Sequence record: AJ972879.2
DNA: 40,000 bases
Strand: one strand, 5' to 3'
Source: Yersinia phage phiR1-37
A program made the position numbers and the translations under genes. The notes below the pieces were generated by a model, which was not told the origin of the DNA, did not search any database, and saw only the letters and a program-made list of their open reading frames with translations. Positions 16,859 through 25,362 of the stretch are shown here, piece by piece; within the stretch, counting starts at the first letter, position 1, and each line of letters begins with the position of its first letter.

Positions 16859-18631
16859 ATGGCAGATTATTTACATCCTTCCGTCTCTAGCCGAATCGTT
16901 GATAATTCAGCTGTATATGCTACCGCCGCAGGTAACACTGTACTTTATGCTGCTATCCATTCGGCTATCGGACGGGACAATGCTGTTGAATTCGTTACCA
17001 CTACAGACGAGTTTCTGTTTAAGTTTGGTAATCCGAATCTCTCCAAGTATGGTCAAACTTCATATAATATCCTGAACTGGCTGCAATCAGGTGGTACAGC
17101 TTATGTACTGCGTGTTATGCCGGACGATGCTAAGTTTGCTAACAGCTTAATCAGTATTAAAACTACTGCAGCTGCTGATCCTGCTAAAGCTACCGTTCTG
17201 GTGACTGCTAAAGCTCAGACTACCAATACTGCTTCCAAGAATGCAATGAAAACCATCCTAAGCGGTGGTACAGCTGGTGAAACTCCACTGTGCTTCATTG
17301 TACCTAAAGGTCGTGGTGAAAATTATAACGGCTATGGTTTCCGTTTATCTCTGCGTTCTGATTACGACAACACCTATAATTTCCGTACTTACAATCTGTC
17401 TGTAACGGTTAAAGATTCTACTGGTGCCGACGTAGTTGTTGAAGGCCCATACATTGTATCCTTCGACCCAGAAGCAAAAGATAAATCTCGTCAGTCTATT
17501 TACTATGCTAATATCATTAACAAGTATAGTCAGTACGTAGAAATCGTAGACAACCGTTCCGCATTTGAAACTATTTCTGAATTTGTAGTTGGCGACTCTG
17601 AAGCTGACCCTCAGAAAGTAGATATCATCTTTGGTCAGGAACGTGCAGTTACTCCTGCTGAGACTATTCATGCTAATGTAGTATGGAAATCCTCTTCAGT
17701 AGAAACTGATGACCCGTCTTATGACGCAACTGCTGCCAACTTCAACAATATTCAATACCTGACTGAAGGTTCTGAAGGTACTTGGACTGGTGGTAATGAA
17801 GAATCTGCTCTCCTTGTGAAAGGTTATAGCGGCGTTCTGGCTCCAGAAATTCTGGACAAACAACAGTATGAAATCGATGTACTGCTGGATGGTAATAATG
17901 AAGTTGCTGTTAAAAACGCTATGAGCGATCTGTGCTCTGAACAGCGTGGTGACTGTATTGCTATTCTTGACTGCTCTTTCCAAGGGGATGCGCAGCAGAC
18001 TATCGACTATCGTACTGGTAATATCAGTATGAGTACTTATTTCACCGCTATCTTCGGCCAGCATATGAATGTATATGACGAATATAATGGTGAAACTATT
18101 ACAGTTACTTCAACTTACTTCCTGGCTTCCATGATTCCATCTAACGATGATCAGAATGGTATTCAGTGGACGTTTGTTGGCCCACGTCGTGGTGTAATCT
18201 CTGGTTTTACGGATATTAACTTCTATCCTAACGAACCTTGGAAAGAAAAACTGTATCTGGCTCAGGTTAACTACATTGAGCGTGATCCTAAGAAAATTAG
18301 TTTTGCGACTCAGCTGACTTCTCAGACCTCTCGCTCTGCACTGAGCTACATCAACAACGTTCGTGTACTGTTACGTATTCGTCGTGAAGTTGAGAAAATG
18401 ATGGCTGATTACCGTCAGGAGTTCCAAGATAATACTACTTATGATAGTATGTCTTACAGCCTGAATAACTATCTGCAACAGTGGGTAGCTAACCGTGCAT
18501 GTTCTTCTATCTCCGGTACTGTATATGCTTCTGACTATGACAAGCAGCAATCTATTGCTCGTGTCAAAGTTGAGCTTGTATTCACTGGTGTAATCGAACG
18601 TATCGCCATTGACCTAGTCGTTAATAAATAA
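16859..18631 (+). CDS. contractile tail sheath protein (T4 gp18-like), 590 aa
   Basis: N-terminal HPSVSSRIVDNSAVY..., GDPNLSKYGQTSYNILNWLQSGGTAYVLRVMPDDA-type sheath signature (here GNPNLSKYG...), C-terminal YDSMSYSLNNYLQQWVANRACSSISGTVYASDYD...VELVFTGVIERIAIDLVV; large, highly biased codon usage. Confidence 0.92.
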   Translation: MADYLHPSVSSRIVDNSAVYATAAGNTVLYAAIHSAIGRDNAVEFVTTTDEFLFKFGNPNLSKYGQTSYNILNWLQSGGTAYVLRVMPDDAKFANSLISIKTTAAADPAKATVLVTAKAQTTNTASKNAMKTILSGGTAGETPLCFIVPKGRGENYNGYGFRLSLRSDYDNTYNFRTYNLSVTVKDSTGADVVVEGPYIVSFDPEAKDKSRQSIYYANIINKYSQYVEIVDNRSAFETISEFVVGDSEADPQKVDIIFGQERAVTPAETIHANVVWKSSSVETDDPSYDATAANFNNIQYLTEGSEGTWTGGNEESALLVKGYSGVLAPEILDKQQYEIDVLLDGNNEVAVKNAMSDLCSEQRGDCIAILDCSFQGDAQQTIDYRTGNISMSTYFTAIFGQHMNVYDEYNGETITVTSTYFLASMIPSNDDQNGIQWTFVGPRRGVISGFTDINFYPNEPWKEKLYLAQVNYIERDPKKISFATQLTSQTSRSALSYINNVRVLLRIRREVEKMMADYRQEFQDNTTYDSMSYSLNNYLQQWVANRACSSISGTVYASDYDKQQSIARVKVELVFTGVIERIAIDLVVNK

Positions 18632-18641
18632 GGATAAATAA

Positions 18642-19394
18642 ATGGCTAACTCAGATATCTTGACTTATGACTCCGGTCTAACTGGTCATGACACTAGTGC
18701 AACGGGCGATAACTTCTTTACTGGTGCTATTAACACTGGACAGATTAGTCACGACCCGTATGTAACTGGTTTCGCATTTTGGGTATGGGTTTCCGTACCC
18801 ACTTGGTTGTCTAACCCTGAAGAATTTAAAGCTCTTTCTCAAAAGAACTTTTTAGCATTCCAGGGTTTGTCTAACCTTGAAATGGAAACTGAAGGTGTTC
18901 GTGGTGGTTTTACTGCTAACGAAACTCATTACGCAAAACAGACTGGTGCAAAACCAACTGAATTTACTCTGCGTTATCAGATTCATAGTGGTTCTCCACT
19001 CGATCGTTTTTATAATGAATGGTATTCCGGTATCCGTGACCCACATACTGGTATTGCTACTTATCCTAAGCAGTTCGGTTTAGAATATCACTCTTCTAAC
19101 CATACTGGTGTAGGTCTGTATGTTGTTACTCGTCCAGATGCTAACAATTTTGATGCTAAAAACATTGAATTTGCTACTCTGATAACTCATATGCAACCAA
19201 AACGTATCAACATGGAACATTTCAACTTTGAGCAAGGTACTAACGACTTTGCTACAGGCGAAATGCCGTTCTCTGGTGTTATGCATTTTGGTCAACAGGT
19301 TGCGCAGTATGCTGAATCTTACATTAGTGATAAAGTTTATAACTTCATTACTGAAAACAACTTCAGCAACATCAATACCTATACTGGTTCCTAA
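18642..19394 (+). CDS. tail tube protein (gp19-like), 250 aa
   Basis: Directly after sheath; FTLRYQIHSGSPLDRFYNEWYSGIRDPHTGIATYP and ITHMQPKRINMEHFNFEQGTNDFATGEMPFSGVMHF. Confidence 0.75.
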   Translation: MANSDILTYDSGLTGHDTSATGDNFFTGAINTGQISHDPYVTGFAFWVWVSVPTWLSNPEEFKALSQKNFLAFQGLSNLEMETEGVRGGFTANETHYAKQTGAKPTEFTLRYQIHSGSPLDRFYNEWYSGIRDPHTGIATYPKQFGLEYHSSNHTGVGLYVVTRPDANNFDAKNIEFATLITHMQPKRINMEHFNFEQGTNDFATGEMPFSGVMHFGQQVAQYAESYISDKVYNFITENNFSNINTYTGS

Positions 19395-19417
19395 TCAGTA
19401 AAAAAAAATTAAGAATA

Positions 19418-19445
19418 ACCCATATCCCTCCAAAGGGATATGGGT
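19418..19445. terminator. bidirectional terminator hairpin between convergent genes
   Basis: ACCCATATCCC (19418-19428) / GGGATATGGGT (19435-19445), A-run on one side and T-rich run on the other. Confidence 0.8.
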
Positions 19446-19454
19446 TTCTTTATA

Positions 19455-21212
19455 CTATTTCAAAATCCATTTTCTTAGACCAGCATTATAAATACGATAA
19501 TATCCATTGGCATGTGAATTTTCATATTCAGTTAAATTAGGATCAAAAATTTTTTTACATGTAGTAGGATCTTTAAATTTTTTAGCCTGATTACTTTTTT
19601 TCATAAATGATTTATGATAACGTCTTTCAGAGGCTTGATTGTTATTGGTATTTATATAGTAATAATCTGGAGGGATTTCTTTTATCAAATCAAATCCCAA
19701 CGCTCTATATAGATTACCATTACTAATTCTATTATCACTATAAGATACAATAGATTCTATTTCGTTAATTCTCTCATCTTTACAGAATGCAGTAAGTAAT
19801 TTAGAAGCACCGCCCACTACCTGCTTTGAAGATGCAAACCTTACCAACTCCCAATTTTTACCATCTGCTACAGAGCCTCTATTACTGGTAGTGAAGTTGA
19901 ATAGCATAACTGCTAGTAATTCACTTGTATTTGTATCTAATAAACCATAAGCGTATTTATAAACACATCTGCCTTGAATATGAGTTGAATCAAGAAAACT
20001 ATTTATAATATTTTTTGATAAACGTTCATCTGTATCATCAATTAATTTAGTTTTTCTTGCAAAAATTTTTTCTAAACCGATACTAGATTTAAGTAATATC
20101 ATTTTCTTAATGATATCTAATTTATGCAAAATTTCATCTTCATAAAATTGTAATAATCTGATATCTTGTGATTCACATAAATTGAATTTTTCCTTCATAT
20201 GGTTTTTCAGCCAGCTGTGCCTATTACGGTTACTAGGTAAAGCTTCACTATGCCAGTAATTACCATGACATTCTATACCAAATTTATAATCAGGTAAATA
20301 AATATCAATTTCTTTACCATTTAGAATATTTCTGTCATGTTCTACAAAGTTGATTTTATTATCTCTAAGAAAATCTTTAATTACTACTTCTATAAATGGG
20401 TCTCTTTTAGCACATTTAATACATCTCTTACCAGAAAGATGCCCTTTAGGTAATTGCTCAAAATAACCATGTTCAGGGCATGATATCATTATCTTAGTAT
20501 TACTATCTACATATTCCACTTTAGAATAGTCATAGAAGTCTCCATGCACTTTTTTAGCTTTTTTAATAAAACTATTAGTGGTATCTTTCTTAGCTTCAGC
20601 TGATGCAGTAATAAGTGGTATAGCACATTTAGGGCATCCATTACCTGCAATATGCCTATTAGGAGTTTGTTCGAAATCTCCATGTTTCTTACAGGTAATT
20701 ATTACTTTAGTTTTATTATTTACGTAATGTACTTTATCATAATTATATTTGTTATTATGAATTTCCTTAGCTTTACTAATAAATAAGTGGCATCTACTAG
20801 GGTCATTATCTTTTTTAACCATAGCACATTTAGGACATCCAGCACCATGAGTATGACTATTAGGAGTCTGTTCAAAATCACCATGTATTTTACATGTAAT
20901 AACTAATTTCGTATTAGTATTTACATATTCAGCAGATGTGTATAGGTATTTATTACCATGTATTTTTTTAGCTTTTTTAATAAAAGACTTAGTATCAAAA
21001 ACTTGATAACCTGATTTATTTCTTTTACATAAAGGACAGCCACCTCTATCTTTTCTTCTTATATAATGAGGAGTCTGTTCAAAATCACCATGTTCTTTAC
21101 ATGTAATAGTTACCTTAGTAGTATCATTTACATAGACAGTTTTATTATATAGATAATCCTCTTCTGGAAAACGCTCAGTTTTAAGTTTGTAAATAAATTC
21201 TTTAGTATCCAT
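19455..21212 (-). CDS. putative homing endonuclease: N-terminal zinc-ribbon-like repeats plus Vsr-like/EDxHD nuclease domain, 585 aa
   Basis: Four repeats of TxxxxTCKxHGDFEQTPxxH...GCPKC type; NGKEIDIYLPDYKFGIECHGNYWHSE...NLCESQDIRLLQFYEDE. Confidence 0.85.
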   Translation of the reverse strand: MDTKEFIYKLKTERFPEEDYLYNKTVYVNDTTKVTITCKEHGDFEQTPHYIRRKDRGGCPLCKRNKSGYQVFDTKSFIKKAKKIHGNKYLYTSAEYVNTNTKLVITCKIHGDFEQTPNSHTHGAGCPKCAMVKKDNDPSRCHLFISKAKEIHNNKYNYDKVHYVNNKTKVIITCKKHGDFEQTPNRHIAGNGCPKCAIPLITASAEAKKDTTNSFIKKAKKVHGDFYDYSKVEYVDSNTKIMISCPEHGYFEQLPKGHLSGKRCIKCAKRDPFIEVVIKDFLRDNKINFVEHDRNILNGKEIDIYLPDYKFGIECHGNYWHSEALPSNRNRHSWLKNHMKEKFNLCESQDIRLLQFYEDEILHKLDIIKKMILLKSSIGLEKIFARKTKLIDDTDERLSKNIINSFLDSTHIQGRCVYKYAYGLLDTNTSELLAVMLFNFTTSNRGSVADGKNWELVRFASSKQVVGGASKLLTAFCKDERINEIESIVSYSDNRISNGNLYRALGFDLIKEIPPDYYYINTNNNQASERRYHKSFMKKSNQAKKFKDPTTCKKIFDPNLTEYENSHANGYYRIYNAGLRKWILK

Positions 21213-21270
21213 ATTTTTTATTACTGACCTATTTTAGTTAACTAAGAAAATGTTAAAAAAATAAGAATAA

Positions 21271-21295
21271 CCCATATCTCTTAAAGAGATATGGG
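21271..21295. terminator. intergenic hairpin (CCCATATCTCT)
   Basis: CCCATATCTCT (21271-21281) / AGAGATATGGG (21285-21295). Confidence 0.65.
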
Positions 21296-21302
21296 CTTTT
21301 AC

Positions 21303-22388
21303 TTAAAGTTTAAATACTAATTGATTATCATTGCAGAGTTCTTCTACCATCAATGCTCTGAAATTTTCGCCATATCCAGTATATGCTTTCTTAAGCATAT
21401 TATATAGAACAGGGTAAGTATTTGCTGAAATAATAATCTCAATGTTCCCATAACTGTTAATCTCAATGTTTTCCCCACTATAGCTCTTTTGAAGACATAT
21501 TAAATTAGCTTCTTTATCAATAAGAAGCTCATATTTGTGAGAGTGTGTACCATTTACATAAATAGGGAATTGGCTATTATTAAAAAGTTCTAATAACCAT
21601 TTATTTGATATTTTAGTAACAGATAGATATGATTCTTCTTTTTTAGCTCTTTCAAAATTAGGAGTAAATTTAGCTTGTTCAAAATTATTAGTAGATTGAA
21701 TAGGAGTATTCTTAGACTTAAGTCTTTTCAACTTAGATAAAAAATCTAAATCATTTCTATTAATTCTTCTACTTTTCTTTCTATTAATACTATCTTCATT
21801 ATATGGATAACGTTTAATGAAATCATTTGTATTAGTTAGATCTACATGATATGAAGAATCAGCTTCTTCCATAAAAAGACTGTTAAAGGTTAAAGAAAAT
21901 TCTTTATACTTATCATGAGTATCAACTTCACCATCTCTTATTTTTTTAAGTAAAAATTGAGCTACTTCATTAGGGAAAATATCAAATAAATGATTAGGTT
22001 CGCCATTATTTATATTTTCTGGATGGAGAGGTATAGTCCATTGATTTAAACGAGTAACCTTTTTAAGAATTTCGAATGCCGGATTTACTTCCAGCTTATC
22101 ATTTCCAACATCTATATTCATTCTTGTAGTTTTTCTTCTTTCTAATACAATTTTAAGTTTGCTTTCGATTTCATTATTATCACATAGAGAATTGCAATCT
22201 TTCATATAAAATGATAAGCCGTCTCCTTTATCCGTTGAAACATTTTTAATTATTATTGGGAAAGTAAATGACCCTGGGGTTGATACAGGGATTTTATATG
22301 TTTTGATAATTAAGTCAGTGATATCTTTATTTAATATAATACTATCACCGGCAATGCGCATTAAAACTTTATGGCTAATTTCGAACAT
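21303..22388 (-). CDS. hypothetical protein, 361 aa
   Basis: Long ORF; no family recognised. Confidence 0.8.
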   Translation of the reverse strand: MFEISHKVLMRIAGDSIILNKDITDLIIKTYKIPVSTPGSFTFPIIIKNVSTDKGDGLSFYMKDCNSLCDNNEIESKLKIVLERRKTTRMNIDVGNDKLEVNPAFEILKKVTRLNQWTIPLHPENINNGEPNHLFDIFPNEVAQFLLKKIRDGEVDTHDKYKEFSLTFNSLFMEEADSSYHVDLTNTNDFIKRYPYNEDSINRKKSRRINRNDLDFLSKLKRLKSKNTPIQSTNNFEQAKFTPNFERAKKEESYLSVTKISNKWLLELFNNSQFPIYVNGTHSHKYELLIDKEANLICLQKSYSGENIEINSYGNIEIIISANTYPVLYNMLKKAYTGYGENFRALMVEELCNDNQLVFKL

Positions 22389-22455
22389 TGTAAAATTCCT
22401 TTATATAGATTATTCACACTATAATTATATATACATGAAAAAATAATTAAAAATA

Positions 22456-22485
22456 ATCCATATCCCTCAAAAGAAGGATATGGAT
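22456..22485 (-). terminator. intergenic hairpin (ATCCATATCC)
   Basis: ATCCATATCC (22456-22465) / GGATATGGAT (22476-22485). Confidence 0.6.
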
Positions 22486-22490
22486 ATTTA

Positions 22491-22814
22491 TTAATATTTT
22501 CTTGAATCGTTAATAACTTTTACATCTTTAAGGAAAATATAAGATATTATTAGAGTAAATGGAATACTATACAAAACCGCTGATTCATGATGAGTAGCTT
22601 TAACTACTACTATATTAAGAATCAGTAGCATCATTATAGATAGAAATAATACAAGTAAAATTCTAGATATATACGCTTGTTTCAGAGTTCTATACTTTGT
22701 ATTATAAACCGTTACAGCTAAGGTACCGAAAGATAACACTGTATAAATAATAAGTATAGTTGTTGAACTAAGATAATTACTTATAGTCAGTAAGTCTACC
22801 ATAAAATTAATCAC
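22491..22814 (-). CDS. small membrane protein, 107 aa
   Basis: Three hydrophobic segments (STTILIIYTVLSFGTLAVTVY; ILLVLFLSIMMLLILNIVVV; VLYSIPFTLIISYIFL); start overlaps upstream gene's stop by 8 nt. Confidence 0.75.
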   Translation of the reverse strand: MINFMVDLLTISNYLSSTTILIIYTVLSFGTLAVTVYNTKYRTLKQAYISRILLVLFLSIMMLLILNIVVVKATHHESAVLYSIPFTLIISYIFLKDVKVINDSRKY

Positions 22815-23529
22815 TGGAATTCCTCTTGTTAATTAGTTCAGGTAATTTACCTAAATCAGAAATCTCTTGTAAGCCTACTTTCAATGCAATATTTTGTGCA
22901 TGACTACTAAGTTCATTCTTACCGTTTTCTACAATCTCTTCCATAACTTCTTCCATTACTTCCGTAGCAAAAGTTAAGTTTTTAGGAGTATTATTGATTG
23001 CATGTTTAAGACTTTTTACTTTTTCTTGAAGATCCTTACGATTTAGTTTACTTCCACTTAAAGCAACTTCTAAATCTTTAAGTCTTTCTTGAAGTCCTTC
23101 AATTTGAGATGATACACTCTCTTCAAGAATTCGTCGTAAATGAGCGTTACTAGTTTCCGTTTCACCTATACTTCCTGGTGAAACAATATTACCATCGCGG
23201 TAATACGATATAGTGCATGGAGTACCTTCTCCCAGCCCAATACTGCTAACCATAGCAGCCCATTGACTTTGAGTTAGATTAACTTCTATAAGACCCTTTC
23301 GACTATTAGGTCTAAATTTTTTAATACCATATGCTTCTACTTCTATACCCTGATCAATAGTTAACCGGATATAGTTATTGTGTCTAATTCCACTACCGAA
23401 AAATCTTTTACCAGCGCCACTTTGTACTCTAGAAATAGAGATATTGCCGAATGCCGGATGAGATCTTTCTAGATGCCCTAAAGAATTTATTCTTTCTTCT
23501 ATTAACACATCATTATTCTTTTTAGTCAT
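22807..23529 (-). CDS. hypothetical protein with central coiled coil, 240 aa
   Basis: Long ORF; heptad-rich SQIEGLQERLKDLEVALSGSKLNRKDLQEKVKSLKHAINN. Confidence 0.75.
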   Translation of the reverse strand: MTKKNNDVLIEERINSLGHLERSHPAFGNISISRVQSGAGKRFFGSGIRHNNYIRLTIDQGIEVEAYGIKKFRPNSRKGLIEVNLTQSQWAAMVSSIGLGEGTPCTISYYRDGNIVSPGSIGETETSNAHLRRILEESVSSQIEGLQERLKDLEVALSGSKLNRKDLQEKVKSLKHAINNTPKNLTFATEVMEEVMEEIVENGKNELSSHAQNIALKVGLQEISDLGKLPELINKRNSSD

Positions 23530-23548
23530 GATTACCTCAAAAATAATT

Positions 23549-23577
23549 CCCTATACCTTCAAAAGAGGGTATAGGGG
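23549..23577 (-). terminator. intergenic hairpin (CCCTATACC)
   Basis: CCCTATACC (23549-23557) / GGTATAGGG (23568-23576). Confidence 0.6.
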
Positions 23578-23582
23578 GTTTC

Positions 23583-23840
23583 TTAGATATGCTTTCGATA
23601 CTTTATTACATATACCGTATGAATTATATGTAATACTGCAAGACAGATTATAGTAGTATTAGTACTAAAGTTCCATCCAAGAACTACAGCGGTTAAAATT
23701 AATTGAAGACCCTTATCAGAAAAAATTCTAAAAATTTTCATTTTTAGCTTATTTTCCGAAGGTACAGATATTGCGAATACTGCTAAGCCTATCATCAGTA
23801 TTCCAACTACAGCAAATATTACTGGATAAGAGTAAATCAT
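23583..23840 (-). CDS. small membrane protein, 85 aa
   Basis: Two hydrophobic segments: YPVIFAVVGILMIGLAVFAISV and LQLILTAVVLGWNF/IICLAVLHIIHTV. Confidence 0.7.
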   Translation of the reverse strand: MIYSYPVIFAVVGILMIGLAVFAISVPSENKLKMKIFRIFSDKGLQLILTAVVLGWNFSTNTTIICLAVLHIIHTVYVIKYRKHI

Positions 23841-23849
23841 ATGTATACC

Positions 23850-24296
23850 TTAAAAAATGTTAATTCTAAGCCCTATAGTATAACGTTTACCCTTGCCAAC
23901 TTCTATAAAAAAGCTTTCTTTTAATCTTATCTTCATAACTATCTCCTTTTTGATCTTCTCAAAATCAATATCTTCCGTAACTATATAGTCATGAATTGCT
24001 TTCTCTAGAGAGTCAACAAAATCAGATAAACGCTTCTTCATTACACTACCTTTTATCCCATCAGGTAAAGGCATAATACACATTGCTGCGTTATCAAAAA
24101 ATCTAATGTCGGCGTAATAAGTGTGTCTATGTCTATTATATTGTGAAAATTTTTGTACTGTTTCTCTGTCAACTTTCTCTACTAGACGTTCAAGAGGAGT
24201 AAATCTTCTATCAATATAATCTATTGCACCTACTACTAAAAGAAGAACTAAACCAACACCAATTATAATAACTTTTACAGCCTCATCATGTGTCAT
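23850..24296 (-). CDS. N-terminally membrane-anchored hypothetical protein, 148 aa
   Basis: AVKVIIIGVGLVLLLVVGAI segment; ORF. Confidence 0.7.
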   Translation of the reverse strand: MTHDEAVKVIIIGVGLVLLLVVGAIDYIDRRFTPLERLVEKVDRETVQKFSQYNRHRHTYYADIRFFDNAAMCIMPLPDGIKGSVMKKRLSDFVDSLEKAIHDYIVTEDIDFEKIKKEIVMKIRLKESFFIEVGKGKRYTIGLRINIF

Positions 24297-24565
24297 TATT
24301 TGAAAAGTTTCCTTATATAATATTTGATGGTTATACGAATTTCTTTACCTGTCTTCAAATAAATACAGGTGCTTTTATCTGGATCTACATTTCTATCATA
24401 ACCTACACGTCTAATGGCATAGCGTATAAAAGTATTTTTAGAGCTATCAAACTCACTCGCTATAACATATGGCGTATTAGTTCTATATTGAATTTTTCTC
24501 AATATAGGATTTACAATTCTTTTTAACCGAGTAGAGTGAACGGTATATGTATTAGTTTCCACCAT
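24296..24565 (-). CDS. hypothetical protein, about 89 aa (start refined)
   Basis: ATG at 24565 (MVETNTYTVH...) preceded by GGAG, which fits better than the track's 24625 start that overlaps the upstream gene by 74 nt. Confidence 0.6.
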   Translation of the reverse strand: MVETNTYTVHSTRLKRIVNPILRKIQYRTNTPYVIASEFDSSKNTFIRYAIRRVGYDRNVDPDKSTCIYLKTGKEIRITIKYYIRKLFK

Positions 24566-24908
24566 CGTCTCCGGAAGAATGATCATTGGTAGAGCCACGT
24601 AATTTAGATTTAGGAATAAGACCATTTTTAGTAGGTTCTAAATTACATTCTTTATAATACCATGAATATGTACCTTTGGTACCTAAAGAGTTAGCATACA
24701 TAGTGCAGTCAATTGTTTCCCATAAAGGGCGATATGTAAAAATAGTTGTAGATGCAATTGCTAATGCTACCAATTTAACGGTAATAATTCGACGTTTGCT
24801 ATCTGTTACAATATCTAACCAATCTTCATCTTTTTTGTGAAGATAAAATGCAAATCCACCAATCAGAATTACAAGAATAGTTAAAAGTAACAGAAAATAC
24901 CAGATCAT
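24552..24908 (-). CDS. small membrane-anchored protein, 118 aa
   Basis: N-terminal hydrophobic segment MIWYFLLLLTILVILIGGFAFYL and second LVALAIASTTIFTY. Confidence 0.65.
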   Translation of the reverse strand: MIWYFLLLLTILVILIGGFAFYLHKKDEDWLDIVTDSKRRIITVKLVALAIASTTIFTYRPLWETIDCTMYANSLGTKGTYSWYYKECNLEPTKNGLIPKSKLRGSTNDHSSGDDGGN

Positions 24909-24919
24909 AAAATACTCCT

Positions 24920-25267
24920 TTAGAATTGACTAGAATCAACAGATTTAATTAAATCGATTTGTAACTGTAAATGTTTAATGGTTTCTCGTCTTAACGAGAG
25001 TGTTGCAGAATCTATATCTTTTTGGTGACAAATTAGGTAAGACTGATAAGTGCTTCCCATACTATCAAAATATACTTTTCCTATATCTTCTGACAGAATA
25101 TTGAAAACTGAGCGTGTAATTAAGCGTACAGATTGGAAGCGGATTAAATCTGAACTACGTTTAGTATATGGTGATGGTTTGAGAATGTCAACTACATTAA
25201 GCTCTTTAGTATTAAGAATACCATTCTCAATAATTACCATATACAATTTAATATCTTTAAGAATCAT
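24920..25267 (-). CDS. hypothetical protein, 115 aa
   Basis: ORF in co-oriented cluster. Confidence 0.6.
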   Translation of the reverse strand: MILKDIKLYMVIIENGILNTKELNVVDILKPSPYTKRSSDLIRFQSVRLITRSVFNILSEDIGKVYFDSMGSTYQSYLICHQKDIDSATLSLRRETIKHLQLQIDLIKSVDSSQF

Positions 25268-25330
25268 CTCATTTCCTTTAAATTAGCATTATCATTCTTA
25301 TAATATATTTTTAAAAGTAAGAATAAAAAT

Positions 25331-25356
25331 CCCCATACCTTTTTACAGGTATGGGG
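25331..25356 (-). terminator. intergenic hairpin after the portal gene (CCCCATACCT)
   Basis: CCCCATACCT (25331-25340) / AGGTATGGGG (25347-25356). Confidence 0.7.
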
Positions 25357-25362
25357 TATTTA

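Noticed and set aside
17345-18064. Antisense ORFs opposite the sheath gene (108 and 122 aa)
   Set aside because: Same explanation as for the capsid antisense ORF.
24290-24526. 78-aa ORF on + strand in a minus-strand cluster
   Set aside because: Antisense to a gene in a continuous minus-strand operon, no RBS or terminator support.
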